Below are positions 44,890 through 55,990 of a stretch of DNA of 64,000 nucleotides, one piece after another. The stretch spans positions 576,001 through 640,000 of the forward strand of contig JASGJN010000022.1 in assembly GCA_049840735.1 (NCBI GenBank), read 5' to 3'. The DNA is from Anaeromyxobacter sp. GTDB lineage: Bacteria > Myxococcota > Myxococcia > Myxococcales > Anaeromyxobacteraceae. The notes under the pieces were generated by a model. That model worked only from the letters and a program-made list of their open reading frames with translations. It did not search any database and had not been told where the DNA came from. The translations under genes were made by a program, and so were the position numbers. Numbering within the stretch: the stretch's first letter is position 1; the number at the start of each line of letters is the position of its first letter.

Positions 44890-47607
44890 GGCTCCACCTC
44901 CGACTGGCCCACGGACACCTCGCACAGGACGCTGAACTGGCAGAAGTCGCACCTGGGCGGGTAGCGCCCCGGGTCCTTCCTGCCGGGCACCTCGCCCACC
45001 ACCTCGGCGATCCGCTCGGCCCAGTCGCTCTTCTCGATGGCCACCGGCACGTGGCCCCCGCCCAGCGCCCGCTCCCACAGCGCCAGCGTGCGGCCCGCGA
45101 TCTGCAGCGTCTCCTCCAGCGACGGCCCCTGCGCCTCGACGGCGGTGGGGAAGGCGTGGAGCGAGTGGGCCAGGAGCTCACCATCCTGCAGCACCAGATA
45201 GCCCGCCGGAGGCAGCTTGCCGCCCTGGGGGCCCAGCATCCGCGCGTAGAGCGCCAGCTGCAGCCCCTGCCCCTGCTCCAGCTCCTTGCGACGGTAGGTG
45301 AAGCGGCCCAGCTTGAGGTCCAGCACGGCGCGCGCGCCGTCCTTGCGCCGGCGCAGCACCAGGTCGGCGTAGCCCTCCACCGGGTGGCCGGCGAACTCGC
45401 CCGCGAGCGGCGTCTCGACGCCCACCACCTCCCAGTCGCCGGCGTGCAGGTGGCGGACCAGCGCCGCCGCCGCGCCCCCGGCCAGCCGGCGCGCCCGGTC
45501 CAGCGCCAGCTCCTGTCCGCGCTGCACCAGCGGCGCCGCCTCGCCCGCCACCCGCGCGTCGAAGGCGCGCTCCACGTGCGCCTGCGCGTCCGCCTCGGAG
45601 AGCCCGGCCAGCGGCAGCGCCCGCGGCCCGTGCACCAGATCCTGCAGCAGCGCGTGGACGAACGTGCCCAGCAGCTGCGAGCCCTCCGGCAGCTGCAGGG
45701 CCCGCCCTGGCCGCAGGCCGGCGCCGTACTGGAGCAGCCACTGCAGCGGGCAGCCCAGCAAGGACATGAGCTGCGTGGCGGACTGCGTGCCGGTGACCTC
45801 CACCGGAGCGACGCGCCAGAGCGTGCGCGGCGCGATGGGCGCCGCGGGCGGGATGGCGGTCAGCCGTGGCGCCCAGCCCGGCGCCCGCCCGGCCAGGACC
45901 TGCTCGGACGAGAACCGTGCACGCCGCCAGCCCACCCGCCGCTGCTCGCGTCTCCAGCTCGTCCAGGAACGGGTGCGGCTGCAGCACCTCGATGCCGGAG
46001 AGCCGCCAGCGCACCAGGGTCACGCCCTCGCTGGCGGCCAGCACCGTCCGGCGCCAGCTCCAGGCCTCCAGCGCGCGCCGCGCACCCGGCGCAGGCAGCT
46101 CCACCCCCGCGGCCGCCAGCGCGTCCGCCTCCGCGCTGGACCAGCCGTCCGGCGCGCCGCCCACCTCCACGTCCTGCACGAACCCCCACCAGATGACCTG
46201 CTCCGCTCCCGGCAGCACCGCGCCCGCCCGCGGCGCCAGCGCCGGCCGCCCCGCCTCCGGCGCGCAGGCCGCGCGGTCGGCCCCGCTCCCCACCGCCAGC
46301 GCGTGCAGCTGCAGGAGGGCTACCGGGGTGAGCCGCTGGTCCGCGGGGCGCGCCAGGAGCACCCGCTCCAGCGCCCGCGCCACCGCCGCAGCCTGCGCCC
46401 AGAGCGGCGCAGCCTCGTCGTCGGAGCCGGCCCGTCCACCGAGCCAGGTGGCCACCTGCCGCGTGTGCTCGAGCGCGTGGGCCACCGCCAGCCCCTCGTG
46501 CGGATCGGCCAGCGGGGGACCGAACCAGGCGCTGATGCGCTGCTCCAGCGTCGGCCCGTGCGCCTCGTCCCGCGCGGCCGCCTCCGCCGCGAGCTCCTGC
46601 ACCGCCTCCTGCCAGGCCGGGCTCCAGACGGCGGGCATGTGCGTGAGCGCCTCGAGCAGGCGGCGCTTCGTGACGCCCGGGAGCGGCCCGCCCGGCAGGA
46701 GCAGCAGCTCCGCCGCGCGGAACGGGTCCTGCGGCCCGTAGGCCAGCAGGAGCCGCAGCGGCAAGACTTGAAGCTGCGGGCGCAGCGCCGAGGTGACCCC
46801 CAGCCCCAGCGTGGGCAGCCCCTGCCGCAGCAGCGCCGCGTCGAGCGCGTCCGGCTCGGCGGCGGCCAGCAGCGTGGTGGCCGCCGGGGGCTGCTGCCGG
46901 AGCAGGTCTGCGGTCAGCTCCGCCGCCTCCAGCGCCGTGTCGGCCTCCAGCAGCCGGAACGACCCGTCGCCGCGGAGGCCGGCGCGCGGGGCGTCGGGAT
47001 CGAGCAGCGCCGACTGCAGCGCCGCCAGGTCGGTGCCGGCCGCGGCGCGGACCCCGCATCCGCTGAAGGACCGGTCATGGTCGCGCCCGCCGCGGCCAGC
47101 GCGTCCAGCAGCCGGCGCACCAGCGGCTCGAAGGCGATGGGCGGCGCGCACAGCTCCAGCGTGAGCGGCTCGGCGAGGTGGCCGGCCTGCGCCAGCAGCG
47201 TCGCCAGCTGCGCCAGCGCGTCGGGCAGGCCCGGCGGCAGCCGCTCCGGCCGTGCCTCCAGCCGCGCCAGGTCGGCGAGCCGCTCGCTGCCGGCCAGCGC
47301 CTGGCCGGTCCAGGCCCATCATCTTCAGGCGATCGCGCAGGGCGAGCAGGAACGCGGCCACGCCGAAGGTGTCGCTGGCGCGGGAGGCCGAGTAGGCGCG
47401 CGCGCCGTCGTCGTCCGCGTCGAGCCGGGTCGCGAACGCGGCCAGCCGGTCGGGGGCGCTGGCCAGGTCCGGCGCGGCGCCCACCAGGCGGGCCACGCGG
47501 CGGGCCAGCCCCAGCGGACCGACGCACTCCCAGCCCGCGCGCGCCGTCGCGAGCGCGTGGCGCCAGGCCGTGCCGCCGTCGTGAGGTGTGAGGAGCAGCT
47601 GGAGCAT
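44886..47607 (-). CDS. addB: AddB-like partner with Fe-S-stapled PD-(D/E)xK nuclease, frameshifts near 47310, 47070 and 45920
   Basis: Inactive-helicase-like N-terminal part; C-terminal SATQL..LLGCP...GTFVH...GYADLV...VLDLK...LQLALY...CDFCQFSVLC; GTGA coupled to addA. Confidence 0.78.
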
Positions 47608-47628
47608 GGGTCCCCCGGAGCTTCTGCA

Positions 47629-47649
47629 ATTCTAGAGCCGAGGCGGACA
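47629..47649 (-). promoter_or_regulatory. TGTCCG-N9-TAGAAT promoter upstream of addBA
   Basis: Minus strand CATGTCCGCCTCGGCTCTAGAAT, then 21 nt to the ATG. Confidence 0.62.
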
Positions 47650-47831
47650 TGAGCGGCAGACGGGCATTTCCCGTACATCGCGCCGCCGGGATGGTCCGCG
47701 GCGCGGACCACAGGTCCGCCGTTCGTCCGCTCGCCGGGCCCTCCGGAGCCGGAATCACGGGGGAAAGGCGCTGGCCCACCGCTCGCAGTGGACCCGCGGC
47801 ACGGCCGCCTTCACCGGCCGCGGGAGAGACC

Positions 47832-49306
47832 TTGGACACCTCGGCCACCTGGCGCATCCGCATCACCTGTGACGCAACCCCGGGCTGGCGCTGCACCGTC
47901 GAGTGCAGCGGCCACCACACGCTGGCCGAGCTGCGCGACGTCGCGTTCGAGGCCTACAATCTGAGGAAGGGCGCGCCCGCCGACTTCTTCCTGTCCGGCG
48001 AGAAGTTCGAATCGGGCCACCGCGCTGGTCGCCGATGGCACGCCGCTGGCGGAGCTGCAGCTCCCGGCGGGCCATCGCTTCCTCCTCAGCCCGTTCGATC
48101 ACCTGCTGAACCTCGAGCTGGTGGTGGAGGCGGTGCGGCCGGAGCCCGGGCCGGAGCGCCCGGAGGTGGTGGAGCAGGGCGGCGCCGTCGGATCACGGCG
48201 CGCTGCCCCCGGAGCTCAAGGTGACGCAGGTGACCGAGGAGGTAGGCGCCCTCGGGAACGCGCTCTGGATGGACGGCTGCGCCTTCCACGAGGCGGCGCG
48301 TGGCTTCACCAGCTCCACCGAGCTGGAGACGCGGGCCGTGCGCGTGCTGCAGCTCCTGGAGCGGACGCTGCCGCGGATGGCGGCGGTCCCGGACGCTGCG
48401 GCCTGCGCGTTCTTCGGCGGCGCCGGGCAGGACCTGCCGCGCTACCTGCTGGTGCTGCGCGACGCCGGGCCGGAGCTGCTGGAGCGGACCTTCACCGCCA
48501 TGCAGCCGCTGACGCCGGACACCCGCCGCAAGCCGCTGCCCGCGCCGCTGCTGGCGCGCCTCCTCGCCACCACCAATCCGCGTGAGCAGCCCGGCTCCCA
48601 GCTCGACTGCTTCGACCCGGAGGTGCTCGCCCCGCTGGCCGGCGAGGTGACGCGCGAGCTGGAGGGCTCGCGCGAGCGGATGGACGCCATGACGCTCCTC
48701 ACCGGCGTGCACGTGATGGCCTGGCTGGACGAGGTGACCTACGTGCTGGCCCAGCACCGGCGGCTGGACGAGCTGCGCACCATCGCCGCGCAGCAGGCGG
48801 TGGTGACGTGCAGCCGGTGGCCGCTGGTGCACGCGGCGCTGGCCCTGGCCAAGTCGCGTGCCCACCCGGAGGCCCGCGAGCTGCTGGAGCTCGCGGACAC
48901 GTTCGGGGCGCCTGCCAGCGACCTCGACCGGTGCCTGCGCGCGGAGGTGCTCCGGAGGATCGGCGAGGAGGCGCGGGCGGAGGAGGCGCTGCGCGGGGTG
49001 CTCCAGCAGCGCTGGGTCAGCGAGCGGATCCACCAGGTGGCGCTCCGCGAGCTGAAGGATCTGCTGGAGGAGCAGGGGCGCAAGGACGAGCTCCGGGCCC
49101 TCCGGGAGGAGGCGGCGCGCTGGCGCGAGCGGGTGGACCAGCAGTTCGAGCGGTTCGAGCGATCGCCGCACCGGATGGCCTACCGGGAGGAGGAGCGGCA
49201 GGTGCCCCAGCCGCTCCGTCCGCTGCGCGCCGGTCCCAGCCGCGGCCGGAACGAGCGCTGCGCCTGCGGCAGCGGCAGGAAGGTGAAGCGGTGCTGCGGC
49301 GTGTGA
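47832..49306 (+). CDS. Probable single gene: pRiA4b ORF3-like N-domain + helical region + SEC-C motif (several frameshifts 48015-48220)
   Basis: TTG start with RBS; WRCTVECSGHHTLAELRDVAFEAY...FFLS, then PLAELQL..GHRFL..FD...LELVV in other frames. ORF 48221-49306 ends RNERCACGSGRKVKRCC. Confidence 0.6.
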
Positions 49307-49399
49307 CCGCGTGAGGTTCGTGGGGCGGCGGGCGGGGGCGGCCGGGTCTCGCGGGCGCCGGCCCGTCCTCGCCCGCCTGCTCCAGGATCCTCCACACGC

Positions 49400-50365
49400 T
49401 CACTTCAAGCCGGCGGCCTGCAGCGACGCGATGGAGCGCTGGTCGGTCTCGTTGAGGCGGAAGTCGAGCGCGGCGACGAAGCCGTCCACCTGCGAGGGGT
49501 TGCGGGCGCCCACGATCGCGCCCGTCACCTCCGGCCGCCGCAGCACCCACGCCAGCGCCATGACCGCGGCCGAGACGCCGTGGCGCGCGCCGATGGTCCG
49601 GAGCAGCGCCTGCATGCCCAGGTTCCTGGTCAGGCGCGGCTCGCGGAACTCCAGGCTCTTCGTGCGCCAGTCGTCCGGCGGGAGGGCGGCGATCCGGTCG
49701 CGGGTCATCGAGCCGGTGAGCAGGCCCGCCTGCATGGGTGAGTAGACGATCACGCCGATGCCGTGCTGGGCGCAGTAGGGCAGCAGCTCCTGCTCGATGT
49801 CCGGCTTCACCGCCGAGTAGGGCGGCTGCACCGAGGTGACCGGCGCGATCTTCCGTGCGCGCTCCAGCTGGGAGACGTCGAAGTTGGACACGCCAATCCA
49901 GCGGACCTTGCCCTCCTCCTTCAGCTTGGCGAGCGTCTCCCAACCCTCCTCGAGGTCGGCGGCCGGGTTGGGCCAGTGGATCTGGTAGAGGTCGATCTGC
50001 TCCACGCCCAGCCGCTTGAGGCTGGCCTCGCACTCGCGCCGGATCGAGTCGCCCTTGAGCGAGTTGGTCACCTTCCGGTGCTCGTCCCAGACCAGCGAGC
50101 ACTTGGTGAAGAGGTACGGGCGCTCCTTGTGGTGCCGGTTGCGCACCGCCTTGCCGACGATCTCCTCGGAGTGGCCGAGCCCGTAGACCGCGGCCGTGTC
50201 GATCCAGTTGATGCCCTGATCGAGCGCCCGGAGGATGGCCGAGATCGAGGCCTGGTCGTCCTGCGGCCCCCACCCGAACTGCCAGTCACCGCCGCCGGTG
50301 GCCCAGCTGCCGAAGCCCAGCGGGGAGAGTTCGAGGTCCGAGTTGCCGAGCCTGCGCTTCTGCAT
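49400..50365 (-). CDS. Aldo/keto reductase
   Basis: LGFGSW, GINWIDTAAVYGLGHSE, SLKRLGVEQIDLYQIHWP, IGVSNF and YSPMQAGLL. Confidence 0.95.
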   Translation of the reverse strand: MQKRRLGNSDLELSPLGFGSWATGGGDWQFGWGPQDDQASISAILRALDQGINWIDTAAVYGLGHSEEIVGKAVRNRHHKERPYLFTKCSLVWDEHRKVTNSLKGDSIRRECEASLKRLGVEQIDLYQIHWPNPAADLEEGWETLAKLKEEGKVRWIGVSNFDVSQLERARKIAPVTSVQPPYSAVKPDIEQELLPYCAQHGIGVIVYSPMQAGLLTGSMTRDRIAALPPDDWRTKSLEFREPRLTRNLGMQALLRTIGARHGVSAAVMALAWVLRRPEVTGAIVGARNPSQVDGFVAALDFRLNETDQRSIASLQAAGLK

Positions 50366-50575
50366 GGGCACCCTCCGAGGCGATCCAGCCTGGAATGTAG
50401 CGCCCGCCCGGGCGGCGCGCCTCTTTACGCCCACCGGCCGTTCCGCGGACCCTTGGTCCGCCGCGCGGACCATCGCGCCGATATCGCCACGCGGCGATCG
50501 CCCTGTTTGCAGCGATCTCCGCGGCGGCATGCGCCTCGCAAAACGGCCCCGGGCCACCCACGCCGAGGTCGTCCC

Positions 50576-52066
50576 ATGTCCCTCCCAACCGTCTCTTCCT
50601 CGTCCCCCTCCCTCCCTCCCTTCACCCAGCCTGCCGCCAACGAGGAGGTCCCCACGCTCCGCTCCGCGCGGAGCGACGCCGCCGCCCTCGCCACCGCGGC
50701 CCCCGAGGCGTCCGCGGTGGCCCGCATCGCGCCGCGACCGCTGGCGGACCCCACCACGCTGGCCGGCCTCCGCGACTGCGTGGAGGACGCGCGGGCCGCG
50801 GCGCTCGCCGGCGGCAACGGGCCGCCCGACCCCGCCACGTACGCCGCGCTGGTGCAGCGGCTCGAGCAGGCGCTCCCCAGGCTCCCGGAGGCCTACCGGA
50901 AGGGCGTCGGGGAGCCGCTGCTGGAGACCCTCCGCCAGCTGGGGCCGGACGGCTACCGGCACGTGCTGCGGGCCGATCCAGACCTCACCGGGCCGGGGCG
51001 GCTGCTGCTCGACGTCTCGCAGGCCGTGCTCCAGCACGCCGAGGGCTACAAGCCCAAGGCGACCGGCGCGTTCCAGGAGGTGGTGAGCGACCTCTACGAC
51101 GGCTTCCTCGCCAGCGAGTCCAGCGCGGGCGTGAAGGCGCCGGAGGGCGGGGTGCTGCCGCCGCTGGTGCGCTGGGGCAGCGCCGACTCCGGGCCGTACA
51201 CCTGGCCGGTCACCGACACGCGCAAGGTGGATGCCAAGGCGCCCATCGTGAGCCTGCCGGTGGCCAACGCCAGCGGCGGCCTCTTGGCCTGGCCTGCGCT
51301 GGCGCACGAGACCGTCGGGCACGACATCCTGGCGGCGGACAAGGGGCTCAAGAAGGAGCTGGCCACCGACGTCCGCAAGGCGCTCATCGACGCCCGGCTC
51401 GATCCCGCCATCGCCGACTACTGGGCCAGCCGCATCGACGAGACCGCCTCCGACGTGATGGGCGTCCTCAACATGGGGCCGGCCGCAGCGGTCGGGCTGA
51501 TCGGCTACTTCCGCGGGGTGCTCGGCGCGGTGAGCGGCTCGCCGCGCCTGCGCACCGAGGGGAGCAGCGGCGACCCGCATCCGGCCGACCTGCTGCGCGC
51601 CTACGTGGCGGCGGAGACGGTGCGGCAGCTGGAGTTCAAGGGGGCGGGGCGCTGGGCCGACAAGCTCGTCACCGAGGCCGACAAGGACCTCGACACCATC
51701 CGGCTGGGCGACCTGCGCATCACCGCCGGCGTCGCCAAGCTCTCGGCGCAGATCGTGGCGCGCACCATCGTCCAGAGCCGGCTCAAGGCGCTGGAGGGGC
51801 GCTCGCTGGGGCAGATCCAGAACTGGAGCGACCAGGACGAGGCCGTGGTGGCCGGGCTCCGGGCCCGGATGCAGCCCGGCGCCGCGGGTGGGGCGGCGCA
51901 GTGGGCCGAGGGCGCCTACGCGGCCCACGCCGTGGCGGCCGGCGTGTACGAGGCGGTGGCGCAGCCCGGGCGCGTGGCCGAGGCCATGGCCAGGACCATC
52001 GCGCTGCTCGACCAGATGCACGCGAAGAACCCGTCGTGGACCATCCAGGAGCGTAGGGCGGGGTAG
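50576..52066 (+). CDS. Uncharacterised protein with a HExxGH zincin-like motif
   Basis: WPALAHETVGHDIL followed by IDETASDVMG and DPHP; strong GC3 coding pattern; stop lies 3 nt before xpb. Confidence 0.75.
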   Translation: MSLPTVSSSSPSLPPFTQPAANEEVPTLRSARSDAAALATAAPEASAVARIAPRPLADPTTLAGLRDCVEDARAAALAGGNGPPDPATYAALVQRLEQALPRLPEAYRKGVGEPLLETLRQLGPDGYRHVLRADPDLTGPGRLLLDVSQAVLQHAEGYKPKATGAFQEVVSDLYDGFLASESSAGVKAPEGGVLPPLVRWGSADSGPYTWPVTDTRKVDAKAPIVSLPVANASGGLLAWPALAHETVGHDILAADKGLKKELATDVRKALIDARLDPAIADYWASRIDETASDVMGVLNMGPAAAVGLIGYFRGVLGAVSGSPRLRTEGSSGDPHPADLLRAYVAAETVRQLEFKGAGRWADKLVTEADKDLDTIRLGDLRITAGVAKLSAQIVARTIVQSRLKALEGRSLGQIQNWSDQDEAVVAGLRARMQPGAAGGAAQWAEGAYAAHAVAAGVYEAVAQPGRVAEAMARTIALLDQMHAKNPSWTIQERRAG

Positions 52067-52069
52067 GGG

Positions 52070-53905
52070 ATGGCCACCTATCGCCCCGAGGCCGCGCTCA
52101 TCGTCCAGTCGGACGGGACCATCCTGGCCGAGGTGGGCGCGCCGGACTACCCGGTGGCGCGCGCGAAGCTGGCCCGCTTCGCCGAGCTGGCGAAGTCGCC
52201 CGAGCACGTCCACACCTACCGCATCACCCCGCTGTCGCTCTGGAACGCGGCGGCCTCGGGCATGGGCGAGGCCGAGGTGGTGGCGGCGCTGCTGGAGCAC
52301 TCGAAGTACGACGTGCCGCAGAACATCCTGGCCGAGGTGAGGGAGCAGCTGGGGCGCTACGGCCGGCTCTGGCTGGAGCAAGGCGACCGCCCCGGGGTGC
52401 TGCTGCTCCGGGCCTCGGATCCGTACCTGGCCCGGGTGCTCGAGCTGTCCAGGGCCGGGGCGCTGCTGGGCCGGCAGCTCGAGCCTGGCGTGTTCGAGCT
52501 GCCGGTGGAGCGCCGGGGCGACGTGAAGCAGGCGCTCATCGCCGTGGGCTGGCCGGTGGACGACCGGGCCGGCGTCGTGCCTGGCGAGGGCATGCCGTGC
52601 CAGCTGCGGTCCGTCACGGTGGGCGGCGCGCCGTTCGCGCTGCGGCCCTACCAGTCCGACGCGGTGGAGCTGTTCGCGGCCGGCGGGGCGCACGGCGTGA
52701 TCTGCCTACCGTGCGGCGCGGGGAAGACGCTGGTCGGCCTGGGGGCGATGGCCCGCTTCCAGGAGAGCACGCTGGTGCTCTGCGCCAGCACCACCGCCGC
52801 GCGGCAGTGGCTGGCCGAGGCGCTCGACCGGACCACGCTGCAGGCCGGCGACGCGGGCGAGTACACCGGGGCGGGCAAGTCGGTCCGGCCCTTCACGGTG
52901 GCCACCTACCAGATCCTCACCCACCGCCCCGGCGGCCGGAAGCCAACCCCCGAGGCGCCGCTGCGGGCAGAGGACTTTCCGCACTTCGAACTCTTCAACG
53001 CGCGGCGGTGGGGCCTCATCATCTACGACGAGGTGCACCTGCTGCCCGCGCCGGTCTTCCGCATGACCGCCGCCATCCAGTCGCGCCGCCGCCTGGGCCT
53101 CACCGCCACGCTGGTCCGCGAGGACGGGCACGAGGGGGACGTGTTCTGCCTGGTGGGGCCCAAGCGCCACGACGTGCCGTGGAAGGACCTCGAGGAGAGC
53201 GGGTTCATCGCCAGCGCGGTCTGCTGCGAGATCCGGGTCGGCCAGAGCCCCGCCATGCGCATGACCTACCTGGCGCTGGAGCGGCGGGACCAGCACCGCT
53301 TCGCGGCCGCCAACCCGCGCAAGCTGGACGTGGTCAAGGCGCTGGTGGCGCGGCACCCGGGCGAGCCGGTGCTGGTGATCGGCACCTACCTCGGCATGCT
53401 CCGCCGGCTGGCGCAGCAGCTGGGCGCCCCCATCGTGGACGGGGGCACGCCGCAGCCGGTGCGCGAGGGGGTGTTCGCCGCCTTCAGGCAGGGCAAGCAC
53501 CCGGTGCTGGTCCTGTCCAAGGTCGGCAACTTCTCCATCGACCTGCCCGACGCCTCGGTCTGCATCCAGGTGTCGGGCAACTTCGGTTCGCGCCAGGAGG
53601 AGGCCCAGCGGCTGGGGCGCATCCTGCGCCCCAAGGCCCGGCAGGCCTGGTTCTACACCGTCATCACGCGCGACACGGAGGAGAGCCGCTTCGCCTTCAA
53701 GCGGCAGCTCTTCCTGGGCGAGCAGGGCTACGCCTACCTGATCGAGGACTGGGAGCAGGAGGTGCCCGAGGGGTCTGCCGATTCCGCCGAGGCGCCGCCC
53801 CTCCCGCCGCCGGCGCTGCCCGGCGAGGCCCCTGCCGGCCCGCCAGACGCCACCGTCATCTCGCTCTCCGACGAGAGGGATCGCCGCCGTGCCACACTTC
53901 ACTGA
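52070..53905 (+). CDS. xpb: XPB/Ssl2/Rad25-family SF2 DNA helicase
   Basis: N-terminal domain AELAKSPEHVHTYRITPLSLWNA; LRPYQ, LPCGAGKT, IYDEVHLLPA, LGLTATLVREDG and GSRQEEAQRLGRILRPK. Confidence 0.95.
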   Translation: MATYRPEAALIVQSDGTILAEVGAPDYPVARAKLARFAELAKSPEHVHTYRITPLSLWNAAASGMGEAEVVAALLEHSKYDVPQNILAEVREQLGRYGRLWLEQGDRPGVLLLRASDPYLARVLELSRAGALLGRQLEPGVFELPVERRGDVKQALIAVGWPVDDRAGVVPGEGMPCQLRSVTVGGAPFALRPYQSDAVELFAAGGAHGVICLPCGAGKTLVGLGAMARFQESTLVLCASTTAARQWLAEALDRTTLQAGDAGEYTGAGKSVRPFTVATYQILTHRPGGRKPTPEAPLRAEDFPHFELFNARRWGLIIYDEVHLLPAPVFRMTAAIQSRRRLGLTATLVREDGHEGDVFCLVGPKRHDVPWKDLEESGFIASAVCCEIRVGQSPAMRMTYLALERRDQHRFAAANPRKLDVVKALVARHPGEPVLVIGTYLGMLRRLAQQLGAPIVDGGTPQPVREGVFAAFRQGKHPVLVLSKVGNFSIDLPDASVCIQVSGNFGSRQEEAQRLGRILRPKARQAWFYTVITRDTEESRFAFKRQLFLGEQGYAYLIEDWEQEVPEGSADSAEAPPLPPPALPGEAPAGPPDATVISLSDERDRRRATLH

Positions 53906-55988
53906 GTCCCACGCCCGCTACTTCCGCGAGGAGACCCCGGTCCGCGAGCTGGCGCGCGAGCTGCTCGGCGAGTGGGTGCCAAGCCCGATCCTGGCGGCCC
54001 GCGCGCTGGCCGAGCTGGTCGCGGACCTGCCCCGCCTGCAGGCGCTGGTGACCACCTTCCCCGGCGCCGGCGTGGTGGCGCTGGAGGTGCTCTCCGGGGA
54101 GGAGGAGCTCGACCGGCGTGACCTGGTGGTCCGGCTGGAGGCGCGGCTCGGCCCGGGGCGCGCCGAGGCGGCCCTCCACGCGGTGGGGCGGCGCGGGCTG
54201 CTGGCGCAGCAGCGCGGGTGGCACGGCCACCTGGTCTGCAAGCTGTGGGAGCCGTTCCGCGAGGCGCTGCGGAGCGTCTTCGCCGCCGGGGCGCTCGCCG
54301 GAGCGCCGGAGGAGGGCGCCGCCTGGCCGGACCAGGGCGGCCTCGCGCTGGCGGTCCTGCTCGCCCAGCTCGAGAAGGCCCCGCTCCGCATCTCGCGCAA
54401 CGACTCGCCCAACCGGCGCGACCTGGAGGTGCTGGAGCGCCGCTTCGAGCGGGCGCTCGGGGACGGCGTGACCACCCACGTCGTGCGGGCCTTCCGGCGC
54501 ATCGGGCTGCTCGCCCACGAGGTGCGCGACGCCCAGCCGCGCGCCAGCCTCTTCGCCGTGGTCGATCAGGGCGCTGCGCTCGGCTTCCTCGAGGGCACGC
54601 GCGCGCAGCGGCTGCGGGCGCTGTGCGCAGCCTGGCCGCCGCCCCGGGCGCTGCGCCCGCTCTTCCAGGCGGGGGCGCGGGTCCTCCCGCTCGAGCACTG
54701 CCGGCGCCTGGGCGGGCCGTGCGGCGTCGAGGAGCAGACGGCCTGGCTCGAGTTCGGCCTGGCAACCGGCCTGCTGGAGGAGGTGGGCGGCGGGGTGCGC
54801 GTCGCCGGCGAGCTGCGCGGCCAGCGCCCGCAGCGCCCGGCCGCCGGCCGCTGGCTGGTCCAGCCCACGCTGGAGATCGTGGTGCCGCCCGACGTCCCCC
54901 CCGGCGACGTCTTCCGGCTGGCGCGCCTGGCCGAGGTCGAGTCGCTCGACCGCGCCGCCGTGCTGCGGCTCACGCCGCGCAGCCTGGACGCGGCCTGCGG
55001 CGCCGGGTTCGACGAGCACGACGCCATCCAGCTGCTCACGGCGCGCGCCGGCGCGCCGCTGCCCGAGACCGTGCTGCGGGTGCTGGCGGACGGCCTGCGC
55101 TCGCCGCGGATGGCCCGGCTCCACCACGGGCTGGTGGCCGTGGTGCCGGGTGGGCCCGCCGCCACGCTGCGGGCCCACCCCGAGCTGCCCAGGCTGGCCC
55201 CGCGCGAGCCGGCGCCCGGCGTGTTCCTGGTCGAGCCAGGCCAGGAGGAGGCGTTCAAGAAGGTCCTCGCCGCGACCGGGGCGGAGGCGCGCTGCGAGGG
55301 GCGCCGCACGCCGACGTTCTGGCCACAGCAGCTGGACGCCTGCGACACGGCCGAGCTGGAGATCCTGCTCGCGCTCCCCGCCCTGCCCGACCCGGATCCG
55401 CGCATCGCCCAGGCCCGGCAGCGCGCCCTGGACGGCCACGCCGGCGAGTTCCCCGAGGTGCCGCCTGCCGCGCCTGCAGCGAAGGTCGATGCAGGGGCGG
55501 AGGTGGATGGGGAGGAGCTCGGCTTCGAGGACCCGGAGGAAGACGCCGCGGAGCGCGAGCTGGACGAGGAGGAGGTGGAGGCCGTCCTCGACGTCGAGCA
55601 GGGCCAGGAGGCGCCGCCCGCGCTCCGGGACATGTTCGCCCAGTGGGCGCCCGTCGCCCGCAGAGCCATCGCCCGCCGGCACGACCTGTGGCTCCTGCTC
55701 GACGGCGCTCCGCCGCGCCGGGTGACCCCGCACCGCTTCGGCCTCTCCGGCGGGCGGCTGCAGCTGGAGGCGCTGGCGCAGGACACGCTCGAGCTGCGGG
55801 CGTTCCCCGCCGACCTGATCCGCGCCGCCGCGCTGTCCGGGCCGAGCCGGCCCAGGTTCCTCACCGCCCTGACCGAGGCCCGCGGCGTACTGCGCGCCTC
55901 GCGCAACGACCCCTGCCCCTGCGGCAGCCAGCGCAAGTACAAGGCCTGCTGCCTGACCAGGGACGTGGCCGACGAGCTGGGGACGTGA
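53889..55988 (+). CDS. XPB-associated protein: Helicase_C_3 (XPB-NTD/Tfb2-like) domain + WYL-like domain + SEC-C motif
   Basis: WLVQPTLEIVV...LARLAEVESLDRAAVLRLTPRSL...LPETV; acidic linker; RRAIARR...RRVTP...LEA...RAFPADLI; RNDPCPCGSQRKYKACC. Confidence 0.8.
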   Translation: MPHFTESHARYFREETPVRELARELLGEWVPSPILAARALAELVADLPRLQALVTTFPGAGVVALEVLSGEEELDRRDLVVRLEARLGPGRAEAALHAVGRRGLLAQQRGWHGHLVCKLWEPFREALRSVFAAGALAGAPEEGAAWPDQGGLALAVLLAQLEKAPLRISRNDSPNRRDLEVLERRFERALGDGVTTHVVRAFRRIGLLAHEVRDAQPRASLFAVVDQGAALGFLEGTRAQRLRALCAAWPPPRALRPLFQAGARVLPLEHCRRLGGPCGVEEQTAWLEFGLATGLLEEVGGGVRVAGELRGQRPQRPAAGRWLVQPTLEIVVPPDVPPGDVFRLARLAEVESLDRAAVLRLTPRSLDAACGAGFDEHDAIQLLTARAGAPLPETVLRVLADGLRSPRMARLHHGLVAVVPGGPAATLRAHPELPRLAPREPAPGVFLVEPGQEEAFKKVLAATGAEARCEGRRTPTFWPQQLDACDTAELEILLALPALPDPDPRIAQARQRALDGHAGEFPEVPPAAPAAKVDAGAEVDGEELGFEDPEEDAAERELDEEEVEAVLDVEQGQEAPPALRDMFAQWAPVARRAIARRHDLWLLLDGAPPRRVTPHRFGLSGGRLQLEALAQDTLELRAFPADLIRAAALSGPSRPRFLTALTEARGVLRASRNDPCPCGSQRKYKACCLTRDVADELGT

Positions 55989-55990
55989 CC

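Noticed and set aside
44886..45935. Cas4-like Fe-S nuclease or WYL genes as evidence for CRISPR-Cas
   Set aside because: The nuclease is the C-terminus of the AddB-like gene. No repeat-spacer array or other cas genes were seen in the window.
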